The notes under the pieces: generated by a model | Database searches by the model: none | What the model saw: the letters and a program-made list of their open reading frames with translations, nothing else | Told to the model about the DNA's origin: nothing | Shown: in pieces, positions 29,401 through 38,355 of the stretch | Layout: each line of letters starts with the position of its first letter | Numbering within the stretch: the stretch's first letter is position 1 | NCBI GenBank assembly: GCA_964619545.1 | Contig: CAZUED010000003.1 | Location: 163-64,162 of the forward strand | Direction: 5' to 3' | Length of the DNA: 64,000 nt | Source: an uncultured Muribaculaceae bacterium | GTDB taxonomy: Bacteria > Pseudomonadota > Alphaproteobacteria > Rs-D84 | Made by a program: the position numbers and the translations under genes

Positions 29401-30551
29401 CAATGGTTGAAAAGGGAACAAAGATTGCAGAATGGGATGCGTACGCTAATCTGATTATTGCTGAAAAAGATGGAAAAGTTCAGTTGTCAGATATGATTGA
29501 GAATATTTCATTCTCGGAAAGTATTGATCCTATGACTGGAATAACCAGTCGCAAAATCTTGAACTGGAAAAACCAGACCAAGAAAGCATTGCAGCCGAAA
29601 GTATCGCTTTTGGGTGCAAATGGCGCAGTGGTTTCTTTGGGTGGTAAGAAATTGGCAGAATATATGTTGCCGATATACTCGGTTCTGAACGTTGCCGAAG
29701 GTGCATCCGTTCGTGCTGGCGATGTCTTGGCGCGTATTCCAATTGAAAGCAAAAAAGTTCATGACATTACCGGCGGATTGCCACGAATCAATGAACTGCT
29801 GGAAGTTCGTCATCCAAAGAATCCAGCGATACTGGCCGAAATTGATGGCGAGATTGAAATCGAAGACAGCGGAAAGAATAAAGTTGTTGTCCGTATTGTT
29901 CCTACCGAGGGAACGCCAGTGGAATATATGATTCCAAAGGGCGAACCACTATTAGTTCGCAGCGGTGACATTGTGAAAAAAGCCGATATGTTGGTCAGTG
30001 GTGATCCAGTCGCACAAGACATCTTGCGCATATTGGGTCAAAAAGCATTGGCGACATTTATGGTGAATCAAATCCAACAAGTTTATCGCTTGCAGGGCGT
30101 GGTTATCAACAATAAGCACATCGAAATCTTGATACGTGAAATGACCAGACGTGTAGAGGTCTCGGAACCGGGCGACACCCAGTTCTTGATGGGACAGGTT
30201 GTTGATCGTGTTGATTTCGAAGAAGAAAACGAACGCGTAGCACGTGAAAATGGGCGCCAAGCCGAAGCCAGCCAAATTTTGGTTGGATTGACCCGTGCCA
30301 GCTTGACCAGCCGTTCATTTATATCTAACGCGGCTTTCCAACAGACAACAAAGATCTTGGTGGATGCAGCGATAAATGGTGCAACCGATAAATTGGCAGG
30401 TATAAACGAAAACCTTATTGTTGGTCGCTTGATACCAGTTGGTACGGGCTCTTATGTTCGTCGAGTTCGCGAAATTGCCAAAGAGGAAGAGCGTCAGGAA
30501 AAACTGGCCAGCGAAAACTCTGGTGGTGAACAGCAAATGTTGGGAATATAA
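26427..30551 (+). CDS. rpoC: DNA-directed RNA polymerase subunit beta'
   Basis: Catalytic NADFDGDQM motif; zinc-binding Cys near the N-terminus; 1374 aa. Confidence 0.97.
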   Translation: MTNMLQKIFGQIETKEQFDALQIKIASPEEILSWSHGEVKKPETINYHSLKPESDGLFCQQIFGPSKDYECACGKYKRVKFRGVVCERCGVEVGSSSVRRERMGHIKLATPVSHFWFMREGKIATLLNNMPQKKLEQVIYYDAYIVTEPGLTKLKLYDVISEDEYQEALTEFGDGAFHVGIGADGVRSVIANLDMGDERTRLRQELSETKSEAKRKGIIKHLKLVEAFMDSKTEPAWMLPDVLPVIPPDMRPLVTLEAGHVASSDLNDLYRRVIIRNNRLKKLIDLRAPEIIVRNEKRMLQEAVDALFDNGHKSRPLVSQNRQKLKSLSDSLLGKQGRFRMNMLGKRVDYSGRSVIVSGPSLKLHQVGLPKSMALELFKPFVYARLLAGDYANTLKTARKMVEAGEDIVWEMLEKVIYQHPVLLNRAPSLHRLSMLAFEPILIEGKAIRLHPLVTKGFNADFDGDQMSVYVPISLEAQLEARTLMLSSNNVLLPANGEPVIVPSQDMVLGVYYLSLVNGEHNEKSPRFASMDEIYMALNAKTITLHTPIIARYHAAEGTQTVKTTAGRMILGELLPKKPGMPFDLVNQEMPVGKIKSLLATTYERCGDKDMIALADNLKNTGFEQAARSGISIGFDDIKIPEEKQEIIANATTQTEEIETQYQNGLISRKEKYNKIVDMWHGVTNRLADLAFSNLRKSEGDNWNSISMMQASGARGSKTQIQQLAGMRGMMMKPDGSIIEVPIISNFKEGLSMAEYFTSTHGARKGMSDTALKTANAGYLTRRMVILAQNTFITEHDCGTDESITAKPVFDGSMLSISLGDVVLGRTAAQDVVNPGTGELIVKRGDLITKADSKKINDSGLGSIEIRSGLTCKSNGLCAKCYGMDLSRGTLVHVGEAVGVIAGQSIGEPGTQLTLRTFHVGGIASSGSGSNFIEAPMNGRLELIDADLVTNSAGKNIVVSRNSKIAVTDNKGNHLFTAKLPYASWLIVKDGAMVEKGTKIAEWDAYANLIIAEKDGKVQLSDMIENISFSESIDPMTGITSRKILNWKNQTKKALQPKVSLLGANGAVVSLGGKKLAEYMLPIYSVLNVAEGASVRAGDVLARIPIESKKVHDITGGLPRINELLEVRHPKNPAILAEIDGEIEIEDSGKNKVVVRIVPTEGTPVEYMIPKGEPLLVRSGDIVKKADMLVSGDPVAQDILRILGQKALATFMVNQIQQVYRLQGVVINNKHIEILIREMTRRVEVSEPGDTQFLMGQVVDRVDFEEENERVARENGRQAEASQILVGLTRASLTSRSFISNAAFQQTTKILVDAAINGATDKLAGINENLIVGRLIPVGTGSYVRRVREIAKEEERQEKLASENSGGEQQMLGI

Positions 30552-30571
30552 AACCCCAAGGGTAAATAAAA

Positions 30572-30600
30572 AGGGCGCGAAATGCGCCTTTTTATTTTTT
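30572..30600 (+). terminator. rho-independent terminator after rpoC
   Basis: Hairpin ggcgcgaaatgcgcc followed by a T-run. Confidence 0.75.
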
Positions 30601-30881
30601 TAATTATTATTTAATTAGTATGTAAAAATTATACATCCGAATCAAACCGCGCCTGTGCGCGGTTTTTGTATAGGCCTTTGTATGTAAAAAAATTGAACAA
30701 AAAATAAAAAAATTACAAAAAAAGGTCGTGCCGATTCGAAAAATAGGCAGATTTCTGGTAAAAATAAAGTTTCTTAAAAATCCTCTTGACGGGCGATTCG
30801 TTTTTGTTCTATGATTCGTGTGTAGACAAGAGTATAGGCGATAAAAACCGCAGAAAATAGGGAAAAACAAAGGAGGGCGAT

Positions 30882-31211
30882 GTGCCGAAAAACATTAAAG
30901 AAATAATGATTGCGCTGGACAGCGTTCTCACCACAAGTGTTTGGGTAAATGGCGATCGCCAAATAGTTTCATTGGCTGACGAATTGCACATTGGGGTAGG
31001 AACAGCGCCACGTAGTATCGAGGATTTGCCTCGTGCGTCATTGGTGGGTGCATATGTATCTTTGCAAATTCGCACAGATAATTTTGACATTGCAGCAGAA
31101 AGTCTGGAAACAGAGGTTTTGGCATGCAAGGTCAAAGAAATGGTATTTGCGGAAGCAAAAAAGATAATGGACGCATCCGAGACAGAAGAAAAAATTGCCA
31201 AGGCTGCATAA
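30882..31211 (+). CDS. hypothetical protein (GTG start)
   Basis: RBS aaggaggg; 109-aa ORF with no recognisable motif; followed by a strong terminator. Confidence 0.4.
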   Translation: MPKNIKEIMIALDSVLTTSVWVNGDRQIVSLADELHIGVGTAPRSIEDLPRASLVGAYVSLQIRTDNFDIAAESLETEVLACKVKEMVFAEAKKIMDASETEEKIAKAA

Positions 31212-31262
31212 GTAAAAAGCGCCAAAGCGAATAAAGTTTCCGGTATCCGGAAGGAAGGGAGA

Positions 31263-31292
31263 GGCCGCGGGCAATTTGCCCGCGGTTTTTTG
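31263..31292 (+). terminator. rho-independent terminator
   Basis: Hairpin ccgcgggcaatttgcccgcgg followed by a T-run. Confidence 0.75.
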
Positions 31293-31344
31293 TTTAATTA
31301 CTGATTAATAAAAATAAATAGGCGGTAAGAATTTTTTAGAATTT

Positions 31345-31920
31345 TTAATGTTCAAAGCCAAGTGCGTGTGCCAGCTCTTTTGCAAATAAAGTTCGATAAT
31401 TTACATAAAATGCAAGATTGTCTGCACTATCTTCGCGCGTGTAATCTGGTGAATACCAGTGACCCACTATTTTTACAATGCCATACCATTTACCGCGAAC
31501 TTTCATAAAGCCGTATGCATGACGGCTGTTTTTACTATCTTTCTCTTGAAAATAAAATTTTGATATATCTACGTCTCGCATACATTTCATTTTATTCCAA
31601 AGCGTTCGAACAGCAGAAAAATTTTTATCGTGATTAGTAACAGCAATAGATTCAATTTCCTTTGGATTCACACCAATCATGTTTGCCATTATTTTCTGAA
31701 AGTTTTTCCAACAAGCAGCATCATAGCAAATAGTTGTTTGTTTGCGCGCTTTGCCATGATACTTATATTCCCAAGCCCAACCATTCGCAATGGCTTTTTC
31801 AACAAGTTCGGTCATTTCATGTTGAGATATATTGGTAACGGCCATGGGATTTTGTATATTATATTCGCATTGATGTTTTTTTTGATTTTTTAACACAGGA
31901 ATAGTTATAGACTCACTCAT
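31345..31920 (-). CDS. hypothetical protein
   Basis: 191-aa ORF with Trp/Tyr/Lys-rich composition and a C-terminal HALGFEH. No confident family. Confidence 0.45.
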   Translation of the reverse strand: MSESITIPVLKNQKKHQCEYNIQNPMAVTNISQHEMTELVEKAIANGWAWEYKYHGKARKQTTICYDAACWKNFQKIMANMIGVNPKEIESIAVTNHDKNFSAVRTLWNKMKCMRDVDISKFYFQEKDSKNSRHAYGFMKVRGKWYGIVKIVGHWYSPDYTREDSADNLAFYVNYRTLFAKELAHALGFEH

Positions 31921-32053
31921 AATACTCAGTCCTTATTTATTTTGGTCAAGATTATAGTCGTATATTATATTTCGTCAAGAGTTTTATAAATTGTTGCAAT
32001 ATGTAAATGTTAAAAAAATCGCCGCGTTTGCGGCGATTTTTTTCTTTTACAAT

Positions 32054-32308
32054 TTATTCAGCAACAACTGAAACTGTTTTACGATCGCGAACGCCACGTT
32101 TGAATTCTACGTGTCCGTTAACTTTCGCAAACAATGTGTGATCTTTGCCCATGCCGACATTTAATCCCGGATGAACAGTTGTTCCACGTTGTCTGACAAT
32201 AATGTTGCCAGCAATTACTTTCTGACCGCCGCCTTTTTTGACGCCCAACCGACGTCCGGCCGAGTCGCGTCCATTCGTAGATGCTGAACCTGCTTTCTTA
32301 TGTGCCAT
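32054..32308 (-). CDS. rpmA: 50S ribosomal protein L27
   Basis: [29 protein letters not shown], canonical. Confidence 0.95.
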   Translation of the reverse strand: MAHKKAGSASTNGRDSAGRRLGVKKGGGQKVIAGNIIVRQRGTTVHPGLNVGMGKDHTLFAKVNGHVEFKRGVRDRKTVSVVAE

Positions 32309-32342
32309 AATTTGCTCCTTTCAGTCGCAAATAGTCTATAGA

Positions 32343-32645
32343 CTATCCCTTGATTTCTGTTATCTTCAAGACCGTGATGTTTTGGCGGTGGCCTTTGGTT
32401 CTGCGATAGTTGTGACGACGTTTTTTCTTGAAAACCAAGATTTTGTCCGCACGTTCTTGCGCAATAACCTGGGCGGATACTTTCGCGCCTGAAACCAACG
32501 GATTTCCAATTTTATCGCCGACCATCAAAACCTGGTCAAAGTCAATTTTTTCATCAGCTTTCAGCTTTTCTACCTTTATGGTATCACCGGTTTTAACACG
32601 GTATTGCTTTCCACCGGTCTGAAATATTGCATAAATTTCTGCCAT
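32343..32645 (-). CDS. rplU: 50S ribosomal protein L21
   Basis: [28 protein letters not shown], canonical; pairs with rpmA. Confidence 0.95.
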   Translation of the reverse strand: MAEIYAIFQTGGKQYRVKTGDTIKVEKLKADEKIDFDQVLMVGDKIGNPLVSGAKVSAQVIAQERADKILVFKKKRRHNYRRTKGHRQNITVLKITEIKG

Positions 32646-33076
32646 ATTTTTACCCTTTTTTGCTCAGTTTGTAAAAAACTTTATGCAATAATAGCGTTTT
32701 TATAGCAAAAGTCAAGCTAAAATTCGTCGACTATAAAATTGTAAATATATTTTTTATTTATAGGTTTTAAGACAAAAATACCAATAATTTCGGTTATAAC
32801 AGATGGTCAAGGGCCATCGTATGTTTACTTATACATTTTTTGTGCAAAAAACTAACGAATCGCCAAAGGAAAAAATGCCCGAAAACGAGGCTATTCATAA
32901 AATCAAGCACCAAATACACATAATTGTAAAAAAAATTATCGCCCGGTACGCTAAAATACTATATCTTGTGTCTTAGAGGCTGGTTTGGCCACTACCTGTT
33001 GATTTTTTGTGATTCTGGGGAGGGCGCAAAAACAATAGTAAATATGTTTAAAAAGTAATATAAAGGGCCGATAATA

Positions 33077-34948
33077 ATGAACGAATCATTGAAACTTTTA
33101 TCCGATTTGGTTTATTACATGAAATACAGCCGGTATTTGCCAGATTTAAAGCGCCGTGAAACATGGAAAGAAACAGTTTTGCGTAATAAAGAAATGATGA
33201 TGGCTAAATATGCCCATATCCCCAATGTTTTTCCATATATTGATAAAGCTTTTGATCTTGTGTTGGAAAAAAAGATTTTGCCATCTGGCCGTTCTTTGCA
33301 ATTTGGTGGCGAAGGCATTCTGAAAAACAACAATAAAATTTATAATTGTTCTGCCATAGGGATTGATTCCATCAAGGCTTTTACTGATTTGATGTTTTTG
33401 TTGCTTTGTGGGTGTGGTGCTGGAATTTCTGTGCGTCATGTTTTCATAGATAAACTGCCATTATTGATACCAAAGTCTGGTAAAAAAGTAAAATTTAAAC
33501 CGGACGATTCTATCGAAGGTTGGGCGGATTGTTTGAACGAACTTTTGCATGCTTCGTTTGAAACCGGTGCGGATGTAGAGTTTGATTTTTCAGCTGTTCG
33601 GCCAAAGGGTGCATTAATTAGATCTTCGTTGTGCAGCGCACCAGGACCAGAGCCGTTGGCAGAAATGTTGAAAAACATCAAAACATTTATAGATAAAAAA
33701 ATTGCGGCCGAAGATTACAAAATGACATCGCTTGATTGCTTTGACATTTGTTGTTTGGCGGCCGATGCAGTTTTGTCTGGTGGAATTCGCCGTAGCGCAT
33801 TGATTACCCTGTTTGACAAGGATGATGAATTAATGCTGCATGCGAAAGAAGGTAAGTGGTGGGAAACTGCTCCTTGGCGTGGAAATTCTAATAACTCGGT
33901 TCAATTTGATCGTGCGACCACGACCAAGGAAGAGTTTGATAAGATTTTTGAACAATGCAAAAAATCCGAATGTGGCGAACCTGGATTCGTTTGGACCAAT
34001 AATCCAGAGTGGTGTGTGAATCCGTGCTGTGAAATTTCAATGCCCAGCCATGGTTTTTGCAATCTTTCATCTATAAATTTGGGCAGTGTTGAATCCCAGG
34101 AAGATTTTAATGATCGTGCTTATTGGTGTTCGGTCCTTGGGACTTTGCAGGCTGGATTTACAGATCTGAAATACATTGATTCTAAATGGAAAGAAACTGC
34201 CGAAGACATGTCTTTAATTGGCGTTTCCATAACTGGTATTGCATCTCATCCTGACATTACGCAACTCAGCTTTGAAGAAGCAGTATCGCATGTAAAAAAG
34301 GCAAATGAAGAAGTTGCAAAAATTTTGGGCATAAAACCGGCTGACAGATTAACCAATGTAAAGCCTGATGGAACTGGTGCACCAGTATTGGGAACCAGCA
34401 GCGGAATTCACAGCTGGCATGCAAAGCATTACTATCGTCGTATTCGCGTGAACAAGCTGGAGCCGATATATGAATACATGGTCAAAAATTTCCCAGACTT
34501 GGTAGAAGATGACAAGCGTAAATCCACAGACGGGGTTATAACTTTGGTTATTCGTGCACCCGAGGGAGCAGTTACTCGTCGTAATGAAACAGCCATAGAA
34601 TTTTTGGAACGTGTGAAGTATATTTTTGAACATTGGGTAAAGCCTGGACACATCCGCGGCGACAATTACAACAATGTTTCATGCACATGCAATGTAAAGA
34701 ATCACGAATGGGACGAGGTTCGCGAATGGATGTGGGAAAATCGTGAAAACTATACTGGAATTTCTTTATTGCCTTATTCGGATGCCAGTTATGAACAAGC
34801 CCCATTCGAAGATACTAATGAAGATGTATACAGAGAGTTTGCTGCAAAAAATTATAATTTCGAATTTGATAAGATAAAAGAAGAAAAAAATTGGGTGAAC
34901 TTTGGCGCAGCGATGGCATGTTCGGGCGGCGGATGCGAGGTTTTCTGA
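33077..34948 (+). CDS. nrdJ: adenosylcobalamin-dependent (class II, monomeric-type) ribonucleotide reductase
   Basis: Active-site loop NPCCEISMPSHGFCNLSSINL. N-terminal LVYYMKYSRYLPDLKRRETWKETVLR block typical of monomeric class II and phage RNRs. C-terminal redox Cys tail CSGGGCEVF. Confidence 0.75.
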   Translation: MNESLKLLSDLVYYMKYSRYLPDLKRRETWKETVLRNKEMMMAKYAHIPNVFPYIDKAFDLVLEKKILPSGRSLQFGGEGILKNNNKIYNCSAIGIDSIKAFTDLMFLLLCGCGAGISVRHVFIDKLPLLIPKSGKKVKFKPDDSIEGWADCLNELLHASFETGADVEFDFSAVRPKGALIRSSLCSAPGPEPLAEMLKNIKTFIDKKIAAEDYKMTSLDCFDICCLAADAVLSGGIRRSALITLFDKDDELMLHAKEGKWWETAPWRGNSNNSVQFDRATTTKEEFDKIFEQCKKSECGEPGFVWTNNPEWCVNPCCEISMPSHGFCNLSSINLGSVESQEDFNDRAYWCSVLGTLQAGFTDLKYIDSKWKETAEDMSLIGVSITGIASHPDITQLSFEEAVSHVKKANEEVAKILGIKPADRLTNVKPDGTGAPVLGTSSGIHSWHAKHYYRRIRVNKLEPIYEYMVKNFPDLVEDDKRKSTDGVITLVIRAPEGAVTRRNETAIEFLERVKYIFEHWVKPGHIRGDNYNNVSCTCNVKNHEWDEVREWMWENRENYTGISLLPYSDASYEQAPFEDTNEDVYREFAAKNYNFEFDKIKEEKNWVNFGAAMACSGGGCEVF

Positions 34949-34949
34949 T

Positions 34950-35405
34950 ATGAAGCTGAAAATCGTATTTGAATCTGAAAAAATCCGCGATGCATATCTG
35001 AATGGTCAGAAAAAATTCGCTTGGGCTAATGGGGATTCAGGAATTGATTTGCGCAGCGCAGAAGATGCATTTGATTTGCAGCCAGGGGAAAGAAAGTTGG
35101 TCAGTTCGGGGGTTCGAACTCAACTGATTGCGGAAAATGATTTGTGGGAGATTCAGCTTCGCCCAAGATCAGGAATGAATGCCAATGGTATTTATGTGGC
35201 ATTTGGAACGATAGATTATTCTTATACTGGTGTTATCGGGGCTGTGATGACGAATCAAACTTTACAGCCAGTCAGGGTCGAGTTTGGTGATCGTATCGCG
35301 CAAATCGTGGTATGTCCAATAGCAAAGCCAGAAATAGAATTTGTTGAAAACTTGAATAAAACAGACAGAAGCGGCAATGGATTTGGGTCAACAGGGATAA
35401 AATGA
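34950..35405 (+). CDS. dut: dUTP diphosphatase
   Basis: GDSGIDLRS..., GTIDYSYTGVIGAVMTNQT, GDRIAQIVV, and C-terminal RSGNGFGSTG motifs. Starts 2 nt after the nrdJ stop. Confidence 0.85.
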   Translation: MKLKIVFESEKIRDAYLNGQKKFAWANGDSGIDLRSAEDAFDLQPGERKLVSSGVRTQLIAENDLWEIQLRPRSGMNANGIYVAFGTIDYSYTGVIGAVMTNQTLQPVRVEFGDRIAQIVVCPIAKPEIEFVENLNKTDRSGNGFGSTGIK

Positions 35406-35432
35406 ACCATTAAAAAAATTAAAGGGTTTGTC

Positions 35433-35975
35433 ATGGCACAAATTACAACCAAGAAAGGTGATTACGGAATGACTCAGCTGAATCCAGACAGGATTGCCAG
35501 CAAGACTCATCCTGTGATTGAAATTATGGGGTCCGTGGACGAGCTTTCATGCGCCCTGGGATTGTGTGATGACAAGTATGATGGTATACAGACCTTTTTG
35601 TCGGAAATGATGGGATACCTGTATTATAAAACGATTGATGAAAGACGTGTTGCGCAACAGATTTGGCAACTGGAAGATTATATTACGACTCACAATAATT
35701 CTATACCTCCGTTTTTTGTAAATCCACGTGGCTATGTCAGCTTGGCGCGCGCAATATGCCGTCGCGCAGAAAGACGTGTTGTGGAATTTATGGAGGCCGA
35801 GCGTAATGCATCCCTGGAAGAAAGATATGGATTGAATTTGCAGCCTATCCAGCAATACCTGAACAGATTGAGTGATTATCTGTTTGTAAAAAGCTTTGAA
35901 CGTGTCGTTGCTGAACCCAGCCTGTTCCAAGATGAGCTGGCGACAAATCCACAAGTATTTGCAGCTGTTGCATAA
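35433..35975 (+). CDS. PduO-type ATP:cob(I)alamin adenosyltransferase
   Basis: ITTKKGDYGMTQL...IEIMGSVDELSCALGL matches the PduO-family N-terminal signature (TxxGDxGxTxL...GxxDElns). Confidence 0.7.
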   Translation: MAQITTKKGDYGMTQLNPDRIASKTHPVIEIMGSVDELSCALGLCDDKYDGIQTFLSEMMGYLYYKTIDERRVAQQIWQLEDYITTHNNSIPPFFVNPRGYVSLARAICRRAERRVVEFMEAERNASLEERYGLNLQPIQQYLNRLSDYLFVKSFERVVAEPSLFQDELATNPQVFAAVA

Positions 35976-36000
35976 AAAATCCGCCAATTTGGCGGATTTT

Positions 36001-36117
36001 TTATTCTGTTGGATAATTTCGTGGGAACTGGTCACCACCTGGGTGTTTCAGGTTGGATTTTACACCACAACCACCCAGCACAATAACCAGCATTAAAAAT
36101 AAAATTACTTTCTTCAT
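36001..36117 (-). CDS. candidate small lipoprotein (38 aa)
   Basis: MKKVILFLMLVIVLGGCGVKSNLKHPGGDQFPRNYPTE, lipobox LGGC. Below the ORF-track cut-off, so read manually. Confidence 0.35.
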   Translation of the reverse strand: MKKVILFLMLVIVLGGCGVKSNLKHPGGDQFPRNYPTE

Positions 36118-36237
36118 ATCCCGATTATACATTAGAAAAGTGAAAAATAAACAAAAAATGTCACTTGCACGGCATTCGCAATTAAGTTATTATTCGCATG
36201 CTATAACAGATTATCAAATTATAAAAAAGGAAGGAAA

Positions 36238-36744
36238 ATGAGATTTGGAAAAGTTCTTATTGGATTGGGCTTTGCGGTTATTACTCAGGGCGCAATCGCC
36301 GGACAAAATATTGAAATTTATTATTCGCCATCATGCCCCCATTGTCACCATGCAATGGAGTTTATTGATAAAACTTTGAGCGTGCAGTACAAAGATTTGC
36401 AGGTCAACAAGGTAAATGTTGTCGAACAAAAAAATCGTGATGCATTCATGAATGTTTTGAAAAAATGTGAATACAAATCTGGTGGTGTTCCAGTGATGGT
36501 CGTAAATGGTAAATGCTTCCAAGGTTATGCCGAATTCATGAATACAGAAATAATGCAGGCAATGGGCCCGGCCGATGTTGCTAGTGATAAAGCTGTCGCA
36601 ACAGAAAAATCTGAATCTGTTGCCCAGCTTCCGCCCGAACAAATACAGCCGGCAGACAAGGGAACATCAACAATGCTTTATGTTTTGCTGGGTTTGTTGG
36701 TAGCAGCGCTGGGCGTAGTATTGTTCGTTAAGAAGAAAAAATAA
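36238..36744 (+). CDS. DsbA-like thiol:disulfide oxidoreductase (CPHC) with a C-terminal membrane anchor
   Basis: Signal peptide; CPHC active site identical to DsbA; C-terminal TM MLYVLLGLLVAALGVVLFVKKKK. Confidence 0.6.
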   Translation: MRFGKVLIGLGFAVITQGAIAGQNIEIYYSPSCPHCHHAMEFIDKTLSVQYKDLQVNKVNVVEQKNRDAFMNVLKKCEYKSGGVPVMVVNGKCFQGYAEFMNTEIMQAMGPADVASDKAVATEKSESVAQLPPEQIQPADKGTSTMLYVLLGLLVAALGVVLFVKKKK

Positions 36745-36806
36745 ATAAATAGGGGATAGGATTAGAATGCAGAAATTTTTCTGTTTATTAACTATTACTT
36801 ACAAAA

Positions 36807-37562
36807 ATGTTTGACTTAACTACTCTTGATTATATTTACATAGGATTGTTGTTGGTATCGACAATTTGGGCGTCGATTCGCGGTGGTGTGTATGAAACTG
36901 TGGCGACGATTTCTTGGATTGTTGCGGCATTGGCGGCGCGTTTTATATCACCCTTACTGGATGGATTGCTGCAAGGCTGGTTCAATCTGAATGAATCTAC
37001 GATTGGAACATTGGTTACTTCGTATTTTATCGTCTTTTTTGTAATTTTGGTCATATTTGGGCTGTTTAATCAAAAGCTGCGTGACCGCGTGCAAGATAGT
37101 ATGCTGAATGTAACCGACCATGCATTTGGAATTATTTTCGGCATTATTCGCGGTATAGCGGTAATGGGTTTGGTTTATTGGGTTTTACTTTGGTATTATT
37201 CAGACACAAAATTGCCTTCTTATATTACGACTTCGCGGACGCGACCAGTTATGCAGCTGACTACAAAGAAAATACATGACTGGTTTATCCCGGGTGACAA
37301 TAAATTATTAGAACGTGATATACAGGGCGAGCAAGAGGCACAAAAGATATATGAAAATCTGATAAATCCAGCAGTAAGCCCAAAAACCACATCACAACAA
37401 AATGCACAAACATCCAATGAAAAACCTGTGAAAGCTGAACCAGTTGCCAATACCACGAATGCTTCTGCTGAAATAAATTTGGATAAACCTGCCGAGGTTG
37501 GATATAAGGATTCCGAGCGCCAAGCCCTGGATAACCAGTTAATCCAAATTGAATCAAAGTAA
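36807..37562 (+). CDS. cvpA: CvpA-family membrane protein
   Basis: Multi-TM N-terminal half with CvpA-like spacing; hydrophilic C-terminal tail. Confidence 0.5.
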   Translation: MFDLTTLDYIYIGLLLVSTIWASIRGGVYETVATISWIVAALAARFISPLLDGLLQGWFNLNESTIGTLVTSYFIVFFVILVIFGLFNQKLRDRVQDSMLNVTDHAFGIIFGIIRGIAVMGLVYWVLLWYYSDTKLPSYITTSRTRPVMQLTTKKIHDWFIPGDNKLLERDIQGEQEAQKIYENLINPAVSPKTTSQQNAQTSNEKPVKAEPVANTTNASAEINLDKPAEVGYKDSERQALDNQLIQIESK

Positions 37563-37601
37563 TAATAAATAAAAAAAAATCGCGCTGTTTAGCGCGATTT
37601 T

Positions 37602-38162
37602 TTATACACTCATTATATCTTGTTCTTTTTGTTTGGCCAGTTTATCTACTTCGGCCGCGCGCGCATCAAAAACTTTTTGTAAATCTTCTTCGTATCTGTG
37701 CTGATCGTCTTCGGAAATGTCTTTATCGTCTTTGGCGCGTTTTATTTTACCCATAGCATCCTGGCGGATGTTTCGCATAGAAATTTTTGCATCCTCGGCA
37801 TATTTTCCAGCAACTTTCACCAGTTCTTTGCGGCGTTCTTCTGTCAAAGGCGGCAGATTCAGGCGAATTACTCCGCCGGCGGTCATTGGGTTCAGTCCCA
37901 GGCCAGATTCACGAATTGCCTTTTCAACAGCAGCAGCGTTTGATAAATCCCACACGGAAATGGATAAAACCTGGGATTCGGGTGCGGAAACGGTTGCCAG
38001 CTGATCAACAGGCATTTCAGTTCCATATACGGGTACGCGAATACCATCCAGTAAATGTACGGACGCACGGCCTGTGCGCAGTCCTGCGAATTCTGTTTTT
38101 AATACTTCTATAGTTTGCAGCGTTTTTACCTCTGCTTCGGATTTTAAATTATCGTAATCCAT
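37602..38162 (-). CDS. frr: ribosome recycling factor
   Basis: VKTLQTIEVLKTEFAGLRTGRASVHLLDGIRVPVYG, canonical RRF. Confidence 0.95.
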   Translation of the reverse strand: MDYDNLKSEAEVKTLQTIEVLKTEFAGLRTGRASVHLLDGIRVPVYGTEMPVDQLATVSAPESQVLSISVWDLSNAAAVEKAIRESGLGLNPMTAGGVIRLNLPPLTEERRKELVKVAGKYAEDAKISMRNIRQDAMGKIKRAKDDKDISEDDQHRYEEDLQKVFDARAAEVDKLAKQKEQDIMSV

Positions 38163-38240
38163 TAAAGCTCCTTTTGGACTATAATCTTAGCAAAATCGTT
38201 TGACTTTTGGCAAGTGTAAATATAGAATGCGCAGATGTTC

Positions 38241-38316
38241 GGGGTTGTAGCTCAGTTGGTAGAGCACTTGCATGGCATGCAAGGGGTCGTCGGTTCGAGT
38301 CCGATCAGCTCCACCA
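38241..38316 (+). tRNA. tRNA-Ala (GGC)
   Basis: ggggttgtagctcagttggtagagcacttgcatGGCatgcaag...ggttcgagtccgatcagctccacca; G3:U70-compatible acceptor; anticodon GGC. Confidence 0.85.
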
Positions 38317-38355
38317 TGTTTTTTGAAAGACAAAAAATAATAAAAAGGTTCAGCT

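Noticed and set aside
22568-30536. Numerous 60-185-aa minus-strand ORFs inside rpoB and rpoC
   Set aside because: Antisense ORFs within highly conserved, highly expressed genes; no independent signals.
31345-31920. Zinc metalloprotease call for the 191-aa protein
   Set aside because: The C-terminal KELAHALGFEH does not give a proper HExxH (the Glu precedes the first His by three residues), so it is kept as hypothetical.
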